Counted from the stretch's first letter, positions 16,250 to 27,197 are shown. The stretch: DNA of 64,000 bases from an uncultured Gammaproteobacteria bacterium (GCA_963773065.1 CAVYZN010000014.1:96001-160000), one strand, 5' to 3'. Notes: generated by a model not told the origin, from the letters alone. Numbers and translations are program-made.

Positions 16250-17179
16250 ATGACGTATGCCTTATCGCTACGCGACCTGAAAAAAACCTACAAGAACGGT
16301 CACGTCGCCCTGAAGGGGATCACCCTGGACGTGGCCGAGGGCGACTTCTTCGCGCTGCTCGGCCCGAACGGCGCCGGCAAGTCGACGACCATCGGGATCA
16401 TCGCCTCCCTGGTCAACAAGACCAGCGGCCGGGTCTCCATCTTCGGTATGGACCTCGACAGGGAGCCCAGCGCCGCGAAATCCTGCATCGGTCTGGTGCC
16501 GCAGGAATTCAACTTCAACCAGTTCGAACCGGTCGTGGAGATCGTCGCGAACCAGGCCGGCTATTACGGCATCGAGCGGCGCGAGGCCTTCAGCCGGGCC
16601 GAGAAGTACCTCCGGCAGCTCGGTCTCTGGGAAAAGCGCCGCGACATGGCGCGCAACCTTTCCGGCGGCATGAAACGGCGGCTGATGATCGCCCGCGCGC
16701 TGGTGCATGAACCGCGCCTGCTGATCCTGGACGAGCCGACGGCCGGCGTCGACATCGAGATCCGCCGTTCCATGTGGCAGTTCATGCGCCAGATCAACGC
16801 GGAGGGGACCACCATCATCCTCACCACGCATTACCTGGAAGAGGCGGAAAGCCTGTGCCGGAACATCGCCATCATCGACGAGGGTGAACTCATCGAGAAC
16901 ACCAGCACCCGCAAACTGCTCAATACCCTGCACATGGAAACTTTCGTTCTCGACATCGCCACGCCGCTGACGCAGGCCCCGCCGCTGCCGCGACACAAGC
17001 TGCGACTGGTCGATGAGTCCACCCTCGAGGCGGATATCTCCCGGGATGAATCCATCAACCGGCTGTTCGAGGACCTGTCCCGGCACAATATCCGGGTGCT
17101 CAGCATGCGCAACAAGACCAACCGCCTGGAGCAGTTGTTCGTCCGCCTGGTCGAGGGCAACGGGAACAACGGTGCCTGA
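16250..17179 (+). CDS. ABC-2 transporter ATP-binding protein (YadG-like)
   Basis: GPNGAGKST, LSGGMKRR, LDEPTAGVD, NKTNRLEQLF. Confidence 0.9.
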   Translation: MTYALSLRDLKKTYKNGHVALKGITLDVAEGDFFALLGPNGAGKSTTIGIIASLVNKTSGRVSIFGMDLDREPSAAKSCIGLVPQEFNFNQFEPVVEIVANQAGYYGIERREAFSRAEKYLRQLGLWEKRRDMARNLSGGMKRRLMIARALVHEPRLLILDEPTAGVDIEIRRSMWQFMRQINAEGTTIILTTHYLEEAESLCRNIAIIDEGELIENTSTRKLLNTLHMETFVLDIATPLTQAPPLPRHKLRLVDESTLEADISRDESINRLFEDLSRHNIRVLSMRNKTNRLEQLFVRLVEGNGNNGA

Positions 17180-17182
17180 GTC

Positions 17183-17956
17183 ATGACCTGGCAGCAGAAA
17201 TTCACCGCCTTTCGCACCATCCTCACCAAGGAGATCCTGCGTTATGCGCGCATCTGGATACAGACGGTGCTGCCGCCGATGATCACCACGGCGCTGTATT
17301 TCATCATCTTCGGCAACCTGATCGGTTCCCAGATCGGCGACATGGAAGGGTTTCGCTACATGGAGTTCATCGTGCCGGGGTTGATCATGATGGCGGTGAT
17401 CACCAACGCCTACGCCAACGTGGTGTCATCGTTCTACGGCTCGAAGTTCCAGCGCCACATCGAGGAGATGCTGGTCGCGCCGGTGCCGAATTACGTCATT
17501 CTGACCGGTTTTATCTCCGGCGGCGTGGCGCGCGGACTGACGGTCGGCGTGGCCGTCACGCTGGTATCCCTGCCGTTCAACCCCCTCAGCATCCATAACC
17601 TCTGGGTCATGCTGAGCATGATCCTGCTGACGGCCATCCTGTTTTCGCTGGCGGGTTTCATCAACGCCATCTATGCCAAGAGCTTCGATGACATCGCGAT
17701 CATCCCGACCTTCGTGCTCACGCCCCTGACTTACCTCGGCGGCATCTTCTACTCGATCAAGATGCTGCCCCCCTTCTGGCAGCATGTCTCGCTGGCCAAT
17801 CCGATCCTGTACATGATCAACGCGTTCCGCTTCGGTTTTCTCGGGGTGTCGGACATCCCGCTGGCGTCTTCCTACGCGATCAGCATCGGGTTCATCGTCC
17901 TGCTCTACGCCTTCAGCATCCACCTGCTGAGAAAGGGGCACGGGATCCGCACCTGA
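17183..17956 (+). CDS. ABC-2 transporter permease (YadH-like)
   Basis: RIWIQTVLPP, FIVPGLIMM, NPILYMINAFR. Confidence 0.9.
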   Translation: MTWQQKFTAFRTILTKEILRYARIWIQTVLPPMITTALYFIIFGNLIGSQIGDMEGFRYMEFIVPGLIMMAVITNAYANVVSSFYGSKFQRHIEEMLVAPVPNYVILTGFISGGVARGLTVGVAVTLVSLPFNPLSIHNLWVMLSMILLTAILFSLAGFINAIYAKSFDDIAIIPTFVLTPLTYLGGIFYSIKMLPPFWQHVSLANPILYMINAFRFGFLGVSDIPLASSYAISIGFIVLLYAFSIHLLRKGHGIRT

Positions 17957-17963
17957 AGGCATC

Positions 17964-19123
17964 TCACGGTCTGAGTTCGACGCCCCCGTTTCGGACGTAC
18001 AGACCGAGTTCACCCCCGAGCAGGGAGAGCAACCGCCGGCCGACCAGTTGCCCGCGCCAGCCGTGCAGCACCTCGCTGTCCGGCGCGCCGCTCGCGAGCT
18101 GTTCCAGTTGTTTCCGCGAGGCGAGCACGGCCGGGTTGAGCGCGTGCTCCGACCCGCTGAGACGCACCACCGCCATCATCGCATCGACCAGCGCCTCCTG
18201 CGCCGGCGTCAGGCGGACCGGAAGCTTCGGTTAAGGGCAGGGGCTCCGGGGTGCGGCGCCTGGCTTCGGCGACCAGTTCGAGCAGCCGGCTGCCGTGCTT
18301 GCCGATGAAACGCTCATGCAGACCCCGGATGGCGCCGAGCGCCGTCGAGCGTCCCGGGCAGGTGGCGGGCGATTTCGACCAGCTCATCATCGCGCAGCAG
18401 CCAGCCGCGCGGGCGGTCCTGGTCCCGGGCAAGCGTTTCACGCCATTGGGCAAGCGCCTGCAGCACGGCCAGGCCGGCGCCGCGGAGGCGGTTGCCGCCG
18501 CGCACCTTGAGCCACGCCTGCGCGGGATCATTACGGTAAAGATCGACCTGTGTGAGCCGCGCGAAGTCATCGGAGAGCCAGTCGAGGCGGCCCAGTTCGG
18601 TGAGCTTTCCGACGAGATGCCGGTAAACCTGCGCCAGGTGGAACACATCGTCCGCCGCATAGCGGATCTGCTCGTCCGAGAGCGGACGGCGTGACCAGTC
18701 GGTGCGGGTATGCAGTTTCTCGAGTTCGATGCCGAGCGTCTCCTTCACCAGGTTGCCGTAGCCGATCTGGTCCGGGTAACCGAGCAGCAGAGCGGCGATC
18801 TGGGTATCGAAGACGGGGGAGGGCAGCGTATGGCGCAGATGGAAAAAGATCTCCATGTCCTGGCGCGCGGCGTGCATCACCTTGGTGATGCTGTCATCAT
18901 AGATGACATCGAGCAGGGGAGACAGGTCCTCCAGGGCGAGCGGATCGATGCACGCCACCAGCTCGGGCGTTGCCACCTGCAGCAGGCACAGCCTGGGATA
19001 GTAGGTCTTCTCGCGCAGGAACTCGGTGTCGAGGGTCAGCCACGGGTTGCCGCGCAACTGCCCGCACAGTTCCCTCAGCGCGGCGGAGGTATCGATATAG
19101 CGAATATCGGGTGTGGTTTCCAT
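17964..19123 (-). CDS. rnd: Ribonuclease D (indels near 18340 and 18220)
   Basis: LDTEFLREKTYYPRLCLLQVA, MHAARQD, FDTQIAA, YAADDV, HRDC region, C-terminal GWRGQLVG. Confidence 0.9.
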
Positions 19124-19439
19124 GTAGGTATGCGGCACCGGTCAGGGGTGGGTCTGGGCAGCAACAGCATTCCTGCGATGCGATCGGAGCATGCCGGACC
19201 CTGTGCAGGTTCGTCCGATTCTGGTCGTTGACATTTTCGATACCCCTGGATGGCAAAAACGCACTAGCGATCCGTGTTTAGGCCGTCACGCTGCGTTTAC
19301 TATTTCAGCAGACGGGCATAACGTGCTCCGTTTTACCCATAAGCATGGCAAGACACCTGCTGGTGACCGCCACGGACCCGATTCGTTTATTTTGATATAA
19401 ATGTCGCCTATCTTATTGTATTTGACAGACTATTGACAC

Positions 19440-20829
19440 ATGAAAATCACGCTGGTCAATCCTTATGAACTGGGACGTCAACCCTTCGGCCTGGCGGAGC
19501 CGGCCGCCTGGCTGGAACGGGAAGGCTGTGCCGTCGTCTGCTGCGACCTTTCGCTGCAGCGACTCGACGATTGCCTGGAGGCGGATACCGATCTGGTGGC
19601 GATCTACGTCGCCATGCACACGGCGACCCGCATCGCCATCGAGGCATTGCCGAAGATCCGGCGGCTCGCACCGGGCGCGGGCCTGTGTGTCTATGGCCTG
19701 TATGCCCCCATGAACGCGGCCTTGTTCCGGTCCCTGGGGGTACAAACCATCCTCGGCGGCGAATACGAGCCCGGCCTGGTTTCCCTGGTGAGGCGCCTGA
19801 AGACAGGCCAGGCGGGTGAGCAGACCGAGCCCGAAATATGCCTCGACAAGATCGACTTCATCGCCCCGCAGCGCGGCAAGCTGCCGGCCTTGTCACGCTA
19901 CGCCGGTCTGATCCATCCCGACGGCTCGCATCGCACGGTCGGATTTGCCGAGACGACCCGTGGCTGCAAACATCTCTGCCGTCACTGCCCGATCGTCCCG
20001 GTCTATCAGGGAAGGTTCCGGGCCATACCGGCCGACATCGTGCTGGATGACATCCGGTCGCAGATCCGGGAAGGCGCCCGGCATATCTCGTTCGGCGATC
20101 CGGATTTTCTCAACGGCCCGGGGCATGCACTTAAGATCGTGCGGCGTCCTGCATGATGAATTTCCCGATGTGACTTACGATGCCACCATCAAGATCGAAC
20201 ACATCGTGAAATACCCGCGGGAAATCCGGACGCTGCGGGACACCGGCTGCCTGTTCATCGTCTCCGCGGTGGAATCCGTCGACGACGGCATCCTGCGGGA
20301 ACTCGACAAGGGCCACACGCGGGCGGATTTCATCGCCGCGCTGGCGTTCCTGCGCGCGACCGGCATCGATCTTTCGCCCACCTTCGTGGCATTTACCCCC
20401 TGGACGACGCTGGACGTCTACCTGGAGCTGCTGCGCCAGATCGTCGCGCTGCGGCTGGTCGAAAGCGTTGCGCCGGTGCAGTTGTCGATCCGGCTGCTGA
20501 TCCCCGCGGGCTCCTACCTGCTGCGCCTTACGAGCCTGGCCGGTGTCATCGAGCCGTTCGACCGGCAACTGCTCGGCCATCCGTGGCGCAACCCCGACCC
20601 GCGCGTCGATCAATTGCAGCAGGACATCCAGGCCTGGGTCGCGCAGGCGGAGCGGGACGATCTGCCGCGACGCGCCATCTTCCAGGGCGTCTGGGAACGG
20701 GCCCACCGGCAGGCGGGCATCGCCGCGCCGCCGCTCGCGGCCGGTTGCGCCGGCAAGGCGATACCGCGGCTGTCCGAGAACTGGTACTGTTGTGCCGAGC
20801 CCACGGGCGAACAACTGGTCTCGTTCTGA
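19440..20829 (+). CDS. CUAEP/CCAEP-tail radical SAM protein with B12-binding-like N-terminus (indel near 20145)
   Basis: YELGRQPF start, CKHLCRHC CxxxCxxC motif, FGDPDFLNG, C-terminal RLSENWYCCAEPT. Confidence 0.8.
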
Positions 20830-20861
20830 GTAGTGTCCGTCCATAAACATCTGAAATCTTT

Positions 20862-20943
20862 CACCGCAAAGACGCAGAGTCCGCAAAGGAATTCTTTAAC
20901 GAAAGCATTTAAAATGCTTTGCGTTCTCTGCGTCTTTGCGGTG
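20862..20943. repeat. Intergenic inverted-repeat (MITE/REP-like) element
   Basis: caccgcaaagacgcagag ... ctctgcgtctttgcggtg, with inner aaagcattt/aaatgcttt stem. Confidence 0.8.
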
Positions 20944-21064
20944 GATTTGTATCTTTATGGATGGAGTCTGCCTACCAGCGGGTCGGCGTCTGTTGAATGC
21001 ATATCCTGAGCGGAATGAACGAAGAAAGGGCGGGGCGGGTGATCATGGACCGGCGGAGAGACGC

Positions 21065-21814
21065 ATGCAAACCATCCTGATTGGCCACCGGGGCGAACCG
21101 GAAACCTTTCCGGAGAATTCACTGGCCGGTTTCGAGGCGGTGCTGCGCGCGGGCGCCGCGTGTATCGAGACCGACGTGCAGATTACCGCCGACGGCGTGC
21201 CGGTGCTCTGCCATGACCCCGATGTGCTGAAGGTGACCGGCCACGACTACGTGGTGATGCGGACCGATTACGCGACCCTCGGCGAACTTCCGGCCGGTTA
21301 CCCGGCGCGTTTCGGCGCACAGTTTGCCGATGCGCGCCTTGCCCGCCTCGGTGAACTGGCCGCGTTGTTGAAACGATGGCCCCGGGCCCGCGCCTTTGTC
21401 GAGGTCAAAGAGGAGAGTATCGAGGCGTTCGGCACCGCCCGCGTCATGGGCATCATCCTGGCGGAACTGCGCGAGGTGCTGGCGCAATGCATCATCATTT
21501 CGTTTCAACGGGATCCGCTGCTCCATACCCGCCGCGCGAGCGACCTGCCCATCGGCTGGGTCCTGCCGGAATGGTCGGATGATACCCGGGCGGCGGCCGC
21601 CGAGCTGCGGCCGGAGTACCTGATCTGCAACCGCAAACGCCTGCCCGCCGAACCGGAACCGTTATGGTCCGGGCCCTGGCAGTGGATCGCGTACACGGTC
21701 AATACGGCGGAGGAAGCGCTGGCGCTGCGCGCACGCGGCATCGCCCTGCTGGAGAGCGATGTCATCCGCCGGCTGCTTGCCGACCCGAGACTGGCCGGGG
21801 CGGGGCGTGACTGA
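21065..21814 (+). CDS. Glycerophosphodiester phosphodiesterase
   Basis: IGHRG...PENSLAGF, IETDVQITADGVPVLCHD. Confidence 0.88.
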   Translation: MQTILIGHRGEPETFPENSLAGFEAVLRAGAACIETDVQITADGVPVLCHDPDVLKVTGHDYVVMRTDYATLGELPAGYPARFGAQFADARLARLGELAALLKRWPRARAFVEVKEESIEAFGTARVMGIILAELREVLAQCIIISFQRDPLLHTRRASDLPIGWVLPEWSDDTRAAAAELRPEYLICNRKRLPAEPEPLWSGPWQWIAYTVNTAEEALALRARGIALLESDVIRRLLADPRLAGAGRD

Positions 21815-22976
21815 ACGCTACGATGTCGTCATCGTCGGCGGCGGCATCCATGGGGCCGGCGTCGCCCAGGCGGCCGCCTGCGATGGCTACTCGGCGCTGG
21901 TGCTCGAACAAACCGGGCTGGCCGCCGCCACATCGAGCCGCTCCAGCAAGCTGATACACGGCGGCCTGCGCTATCTGGAGGGCCTGCATTTTTCCCTGGT
22001 CAGGGAAAGCCTGCGGGAACGGACGCTGCTGCTGAAACTCGCCCCGGAGCTGGTGCATCTGCAGGCGTTCCACATCCCGGTCTATCCCGAAACGTCGCGC
22101 CGCCCGTCAACCATCCGCGCCGGCCTGAGCCTGTACGCGCTGCTGGGCGGCCTGCGCCAGGCAAGCCGCTTTCGCAAACTCGCGCGCCGGGAATGGCCTG
22201 AACTGGATGGACTGGAGACGTCGCGGCTTCAGGCGGTCTATCGGTATTACGATGCCCAGACGGACGATGCGGCGCTCACCAAGGCCGTCATGCACTCCGC
22301 CATGGACCTGGGCGCCGGCCTGCATTGCCCGGCCGAATTCACCGCGGCGGAGATCACCGCCGAGGGCTGCACCGTGCACTATGTCAGCAACGGCGTGGTC
22401 AACAGTTGCTCGGCAAGCGTGCTGGTCAATGCCGCGGGTCCGTGGGTCAACGCGGTGGCCGGGCGTATTTGCCCGTCCCCTCCTCAGGTCGCGGTCGATC
22501 TCGTTCAGGGAACCCATCTCATCCTGGAGGGCGGCCTGGAGAAGGGCGGCTACTACCTGGAAGCGCCCGCCGACCGGCGCGCCATCTTTTTCCTGCCCTG
22601 GAAAAACCAGGCGCTGCTCGGCACCACCGAGACGCTCCATACGGGCAATCCCGCGGACATCGCCCCGCTGGCCGGCGAGGAGAGCTATTTGCTGGAGACC
22701 CTGCGGCACTATTTTCCGCATCGCCCGCAAAAGGTCCTGGATCGTTACGCCGGACTGCGGGTATTACCCGTCTCACGCAACGCGGTGTTCACCCGCTCCC
22801 GGGAAACCCGCTACGCGATGGACGATCCGCGGCGTCCCCGCGTCGTGTCGATCTATGGCGGCAAGCTGACCGGCTATCGCGCCACGGCGCAACAGGTGAT
22901 GCGGCTCCTGCACCGCACCCTGCCGGCGCGCACACCGGTTGCGCATACCGCGCGGCTTCGATTGAAGCCGGTATAG
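21807..22976 (+). CDS. Short FAD-dependent glycerol-3-phosphate dehydrogenase/oxidase (GlpD-like)
   Basis: VGGGIHGAG, TSSRSSKLIHGGLRYLE, NAAGPW, GGKLTGYR. Confidence 0.85.
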   Translation: MTERYDVVIVGGGIHGAGVAQAAACDGYSALVLEQTGLAAATSSRSSKLIHGGLRYLEGLHFSLVRESLRERTLLLKLAPELVHLQAFHIPVYPETSRRPSTIRAGLSLYALLGGLRQASRFRKLARREWPELDGLETSRLQAVYRYYDAQTDDAALTKAVMHSAMDLGAGLHCPAEFTAAEITAEGCTVHYVSNGVVNSCSASVLVNAAGPWVNAVAGRICPSPPQVAVDLVQGTHLILEGGLEKGGYYLEAPADRRAIFFLPWKNQALLGTTETLHTGNPADIAPLAGEESYLLETLRHYFPHRPQKVLDRYAGLRVLPVSRNAVFTRSRETRYAMDDPRRPRVVSIYGGKLTGYRATAQQVMRLLHRTLPARTPVAHTARLRLKPV

Positions 22977-22978
22977 CC

Positions 22979-24423
22979 ATGGCGCAGGCGCTGACGCTGG
23001 CCATCGACCAGGGCACGCATGCCACGCGCGCCCTGGTCTTCGACGGCCGTGGCCGCCTGGTGGCGCTCTCCAGCAAGTCCGTGTCGCTGCAGACGCGAAG
23101 CCGCGCGGAAGTGGAACAGTCGCCTGAGGAAATACTCGACTCGCTGCACGCCGTGATGGAGGAAATCCTGCGCCATCCCGGCGTCGACGCGGCACGGATC
23201 GGCTCGGCCGGACTGGCCACCCAGCGCTCCAGCGTGCTGGCCTGGGACCGCCGAACCGGCCGCGCCCTTTCCCGCGTACTCAGTTGGCAGGACACGCGCA
23301 CCGCGGCGGATCTCGAGGCGCTGGGCGGGCACGATGCCGCGATCCGGGAACGCACCGGCCTGCGCCTCTCGCCCCATTACGGCGCCGGCAAGCTGCGCTG
23401 GCTGATCCAGCATGAAACCGCGGTGACCGCCGCGCGCGCGCAGGGCACACTGGTCCTCGGCCCGCTGGCCAGTTTTCTGCTGCATCATCTGACCGAAGCG
23501 AAGCGCGAGGTCGTCGACCATGCCAACGCCTCGCGCACGCTGCTGTGGAATCTGGAAAGCCGTGACTGGGACGCCTGGCTGCTCGGGCTGTTTGCCATCC
23601 CGCGGGAGGTCCTGCCCGACTGTCTGCCGATCGTTAGCGACTATGGGCTCACCCGCGCCGGCGCTATCCCGCTGACCGCCGTCAATGGCGATCAGACCGC
23701 CGCGCTCTATGCCGCGGGCACGCCGGCCCGCCATACCCTGCTGGTGAATACCGGCACCGGCGCCTTCGTCCTGCTGCCGACCGGGGAAACCCGCCGCTCG
23801 CATCCCCGCCTGCTGAGCGGTCTCTCCCGAAGCGATGGCCGCATGGCCGATCATTACCTGGAAGGCACCGTCAATGGCGCCGGGGCGGCGCTCGACTGGG
23901 TGGCGAGACGATACCGCATCGCGGACTGGCCGGCGCAGGCGCCCGGCTGGCTCGACCGGATCGAGGCGCCGCCCGTCTTTCTGAACAGCATCGGCGGGCT
24001 GGGCGCGCCCTGGTGGCGGCCGGGGCCCGAACCCGCCTTCCTGCCGGAGGATGGCGGCGCGCCGATCGGACCGGCGGAGGCCATGGTCGCGGCCATCGAG
24101 AGCATCGTGTTCCTGATCCAGGCCAACGTCGAATTGCTCCGCGGGCAGAATCCGCGGGTGGACGGCATCCGGATCAGCGGCGGCCTGGCGCCGCTTGACG
24201 GGCTGTGCCGGAAACTGGCCAATCTGTCGGGTCTCGCCGTCGAACGTTCGGACACCATCGAGTCCACCGCCCGCGGCATCGCCTGGCTGGCCGCCGGTTG
24301 TCCGGACACCTGGGAGCCATCCGGCGTGGAGCGCCGCTTTCTCCCACAGGACGATCCGCGACTTACGAACGCTACGCGCGTTTTCGCGCCGCGCTGGAAT
24401 CGGCGCTCAGGCAGGCGCCGTGA
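22979..24423 (+). CDS. FGGY carbohydrate kinase, glycerol kinase-like (indel near 24365)
   Basis: LAIDQGT, ATQRSS, SWQDTR, NASRTLLWNL, GDQTAA, GLGAPWW. Confidence 0.85.
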
Positions 24424-24865
24424 AGAGCAGCAGGAAGCCGGCGTTGTAGAAGACGTGCAGCAGGATCGGCGCGGTCAGTGTCCGGTAGCGGTCCTTGAAA
24501 AATCCGAACACCAGCGAGGGGAAGAACACCAGCGCCGCCCACAGCGGGGCATGATTGAGGAAATGGAAACCGGTAAAAACCAGGCTGGTAAGCAGATTGG
24601 CGAGGCTGAGCGGTCCAAACGCCCGCCGGCTGATGAACTCCTGCGCGAGTTCCTGGAGCAGGCCGCGAAAAACGATCTCCTCCAGCACCGGGTAGACCAG
24701 CACCGGCAACAGGTATTCAGCCGGCGCCGCGAGGGGCCAGGCCCAGTGCGGGGCGGGCTTTAACAGCAGAAGCAGCACCAGCCAGCAGAGCGGCCCCGCC
24801 ATGACCGCCAGCCAGAACAGCGGATCACGCCACAGCGTGCGGGTGAGCGGAAGGCGCGCTGACAC
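24407..24865 (-). CDS. CPBP/CAAX-type glutamic intramembrane protease (resembles JDVT-CTERM system MrtJ)
   Basis: EEIVFRG, FxxxH, HVFYN motifs; short ~150-aa form. Confidence 0.75.
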   Translation of the reverse strand: MSARLPLTRTLWRDPLFWLAVMAGPLCWLVLLLLLKPAPHWAWPLAAPAEYLLPVLVYPVLEEIVFRGLLQELAQEFISRRAFGPLSLANLLTSLVFTGFHFLNHAPLWAALVFFPSLVFGFFKDRYRTLTAPILLHVFYNAGFLLLFTAPA

Positions 24866-24886
24866 GAGCCGTTCGGACGGCCGGGC

Positions 24887-25288
24887 TCAATTGCTTTTCA
24901 ACTGCTGGACCATCTCCGGTTCCATGTCCATGCCGACCGGCCAGTTCGGGTTGATCGAGATGCCGACGCCGCTGCCGGTCCGCTCCAGCACCCACTTGAA
25001 TTCAACCAGCAGGCCGCCCTCGTAACCGGGATGATCCCGCACAAAGGTCTTGGCGCGGTCCGGGCTGGTGAACAGGATCAGCACTTCCACCGCGTCCTCG
25101 GTTTTCACGGTCAGGGGGATGGCCTTGTTGCTGCCGGTAAAGCCCGCGATGTTGATGGAGTCCCTGACCGGCATGAACACCTGCGCCTCCAGCAGGTACT
25201 GCATGAACTCGTTTTCCGGAAGCCGGCCCTCCTGGGCCGCCAGCAGTTTCTGTTCGAGATCGTTGCGCGCTTCGAAGCTCTCGTGCAT
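24887..25288 (-). CDS. SseB family protein
   Basis: NDLEQKL start, LILFTSPDRA, GISINP. Confidence 0.7.
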   Translation of the reverse strand: MHESFEARNDLEQKLLAAQEGRLPENEFMQYLLEAQVFMPVRDSINIAGFTGSNKAIPLTVKTEDAVEVLILFTSPDRAKTFVRDHPGYEGGLLVEFKWVLERTGSGVGISINPNWPVGMDMEPEMVQQLKSN

Positions 25289-25301
25289 GGAAGGGTTCCA
25301 G

Positions 25302-25329
25302 AAAAATGAAGCCCCGCGGAGCGGGGCTT
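25302..25329 (-). terminator. Probable intrinsic terminator after yccA
   Basis: aagccccgc-gga-gcggggctt stem followed by a T-run on the minus strand. Confidence 0.6.
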
Positions 25330-25352
25330 GCGGTTGACGTGCGATCCGGCGC

Positions 25353-26018
25353 CTACTCGTCGCTGAACACACCCAGCAACTGCAGCAGGCTGATGAACAG
25401 GTTGTAGATGGCGATATACAGCGACACCGTCGCCATGATGTAGTTGGTTTCCCCGCCGTGGATGATCTGGCTGGTCTGGTACAGGATCATGCCCGACATC
25501 AGCAGGATGAACATCGCCGAGACGGCCAGCGACAGCCCGGGCAGGGTGAGGAACAGGCTCGCCAGGCTTGCCAGGAAGGCCACCAGTATGCCGACCATCA
25601 GGAATCCGCCGATGAAGCTGAAGTCCTTGCGCGTGGTGAGCGCATAGCCGGACAGGCCGAGGAAGATGACGCCGGTGCCGCCCATGGCGGTCATGACGAT
25701 CTGCCCGCCGTTCGGCAGCGACAGGTAGGCGCTGACGATCGGGCCCAGCGTCAGGCCCATGAACCCCGTCAGGGCGAACACACACAGCAGGCCGAGACCG
25801 CTGTTGCGGAATCGGGTCGTCAGGAACAGCAAGCCGAAATAGCCGACCAGGGTGATGATCGGGTTGATGAAGGGCATGTGGGTCATGACGGCGATGCCGG
25901 CCGTCAGGGCGCTGAACAGCAGCGTCATGGACAACAGCGTGTAGGTATTGCGGATGACCTTGTTGGTGGACAGGACCGACGGCTGCGACCCCACAACTGT
26001 TTTTTCAAGCATGCTCAT
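25353..26018 (-). CDS. yccA: Bax inhibitor-1/YccA family membrane protein
   Basis: [29 protein letters not shown]; adjacent to tRNA-Ser as in E. coli yccA-serT. Confidence 0.92.
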   Translation of the reverse strand: MSMLEKTVVGSQPSVLSTNKVIRNTYTLLSMTLLFSALTAGIAVMTHMPFINPIITLVGYFGLLFLTTRFRNSGLGLLCVFALTGFMGLTLGPIVSAYLSLPNGGQIVMTAMGGTGVIFLGLSGYALTTRKDFSFIGGFLMVGILVAFLASLASLFLTLPGLSLAVSAMFILLMSGMILYQTSQIIHGGETNYIMATVSLYIAIYNLFISLLQLLGVFSDE

Positions 26019-26218
26019 GCAGTAAACCTCCGTGATGATTGACCATTTCCAAACGGATATATAACAATGATAGACAACGATCCGTTTGCCTGGTTCCAAG
26101 CATAGCCACACCCACCCCAAACGGCAACCCGCGGAATGTGTGGCTATCCATGCCATTAGGCTGGAAAACGACGTCCCGCGTTCCGGTATGCTTGCCAGGC
26201 TTCACGTCAGGCCCGCCT

Positions 26219-26306
26219 GGAGAGGTGGCTGAGCGGTCGAAAGCGGCGGTCTTGAAAACCGTTGACTCGCAAGGGTCCGGGGGTTCGAATCCCTCCCTCT
26301 CCGCCA
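26219..26306 (+). tRNA. tRNA-Ser (anticodon UGA)
   Basis: GGAGAGG acceptor, gcggt-CT TGA AA-accgt anticodon arm, long variable arm, GGTTCGAATCC, encoded CCA. Confidence 0.96.
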
Positions 26307-26910
26307 TTTGAATCTGACACGCCGCAGGCATGCAACAACATTCGCCAGGCCGCTGTGCAATTCACCGGAACGTTCGTAAAGCCATGCCGCCGTGGCAATG
26401 ACCGCGAGCCACGTTTTTACTCAGCAGCCCGGCTCAGCGCCGACATGCTAACCGCTCGACATCCCAGATGGTAATGACACTGCAACTGGCCTTGCAGTGA
26501 TCTCGTTGTTACGCAGGCGGGTAAGACCACACACGTTATCAAAAGGATGATTCACACACCATTGCGAAAGTGGCTTTGAATCAGGTTTTGCCTTTAATGC
26601 CGAGTGTGACGGCAGTGAGTTCGCCGTCAAGAGCACCGTGCGGTGTTTATAGGAAAAATCTGAATATGATGTAAGAGCGCTAAAACTCGATGAAAGATAC
26701 GTAGAATCCTCAAAACCGTGAATCTTGCGTAAGTGTTATGGTCCCGCAGCGACTCGGTTGAATAAGACGTTTTCGTTATCACGGCTGGTTGCGGCGCCCT
26801 GCCTGAAATAGGCACATCTGAACATGACGGGTATCCAGCAAATGACCATCGCCAAAGCAGTACGTCGTAATCGCTGAAAACGATAAACAGACTCAGGGGA
26901 GGTGAGAGAG

Positions 26911-27151
26911 ATGAAAATCAGGTTATTGGCGTGCACCGTTCTAATGTGTGCGATGGCATCCAGGGTATTCGGTGATGACAAAACCGGTATCCAGCCCAGC
27001 ACCGGGCAGCGTTTCCCGTCCTGAACTTGATGCATTGCGAACCAAGACTGATGTCGAAGACAAGCAAAAAAAGGAACTGGAGAAACGGCGGGAGGTCAGG
27101 CAGTGGTCGCCCCCGCCCGAAATACCACCTATTCAGACGCCGTCAAACTAG
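26911..27151 (+). CDS. Small putative secreted protein (probable indel in the A-run near 26980)
   Basis: GGAGG RBS, signal-like MKIRLLACTVLMCAMASRVFG, continuing in the adjacent frame as KPVSSPAPG...PPPEIPPIQTPSN. Confidence 0.5.
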
Positions 27152-27197
27152 GGAGTAGTGCGGGTAACCAGGACCGTAAAATCATGGAGGAACAACA

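Noticed and set aside
20780-20829. Selenocysteine in the radical SAM tail
   Set aside because: Both codons are TGT (Cys); no in-frame TGA needs recoding.
22325-24763. 812-aa ORF as a single protein
   Set aside because: The true kinase starts at 22979; the extensions overlap glpD and the opposite-strand protease.
26219-26306. tRNA-Sec or suppressor tRNA
   Set aside because: Anticodon UGA reads UCA (Ser); tRNA-Sec would have anticodon UCA.
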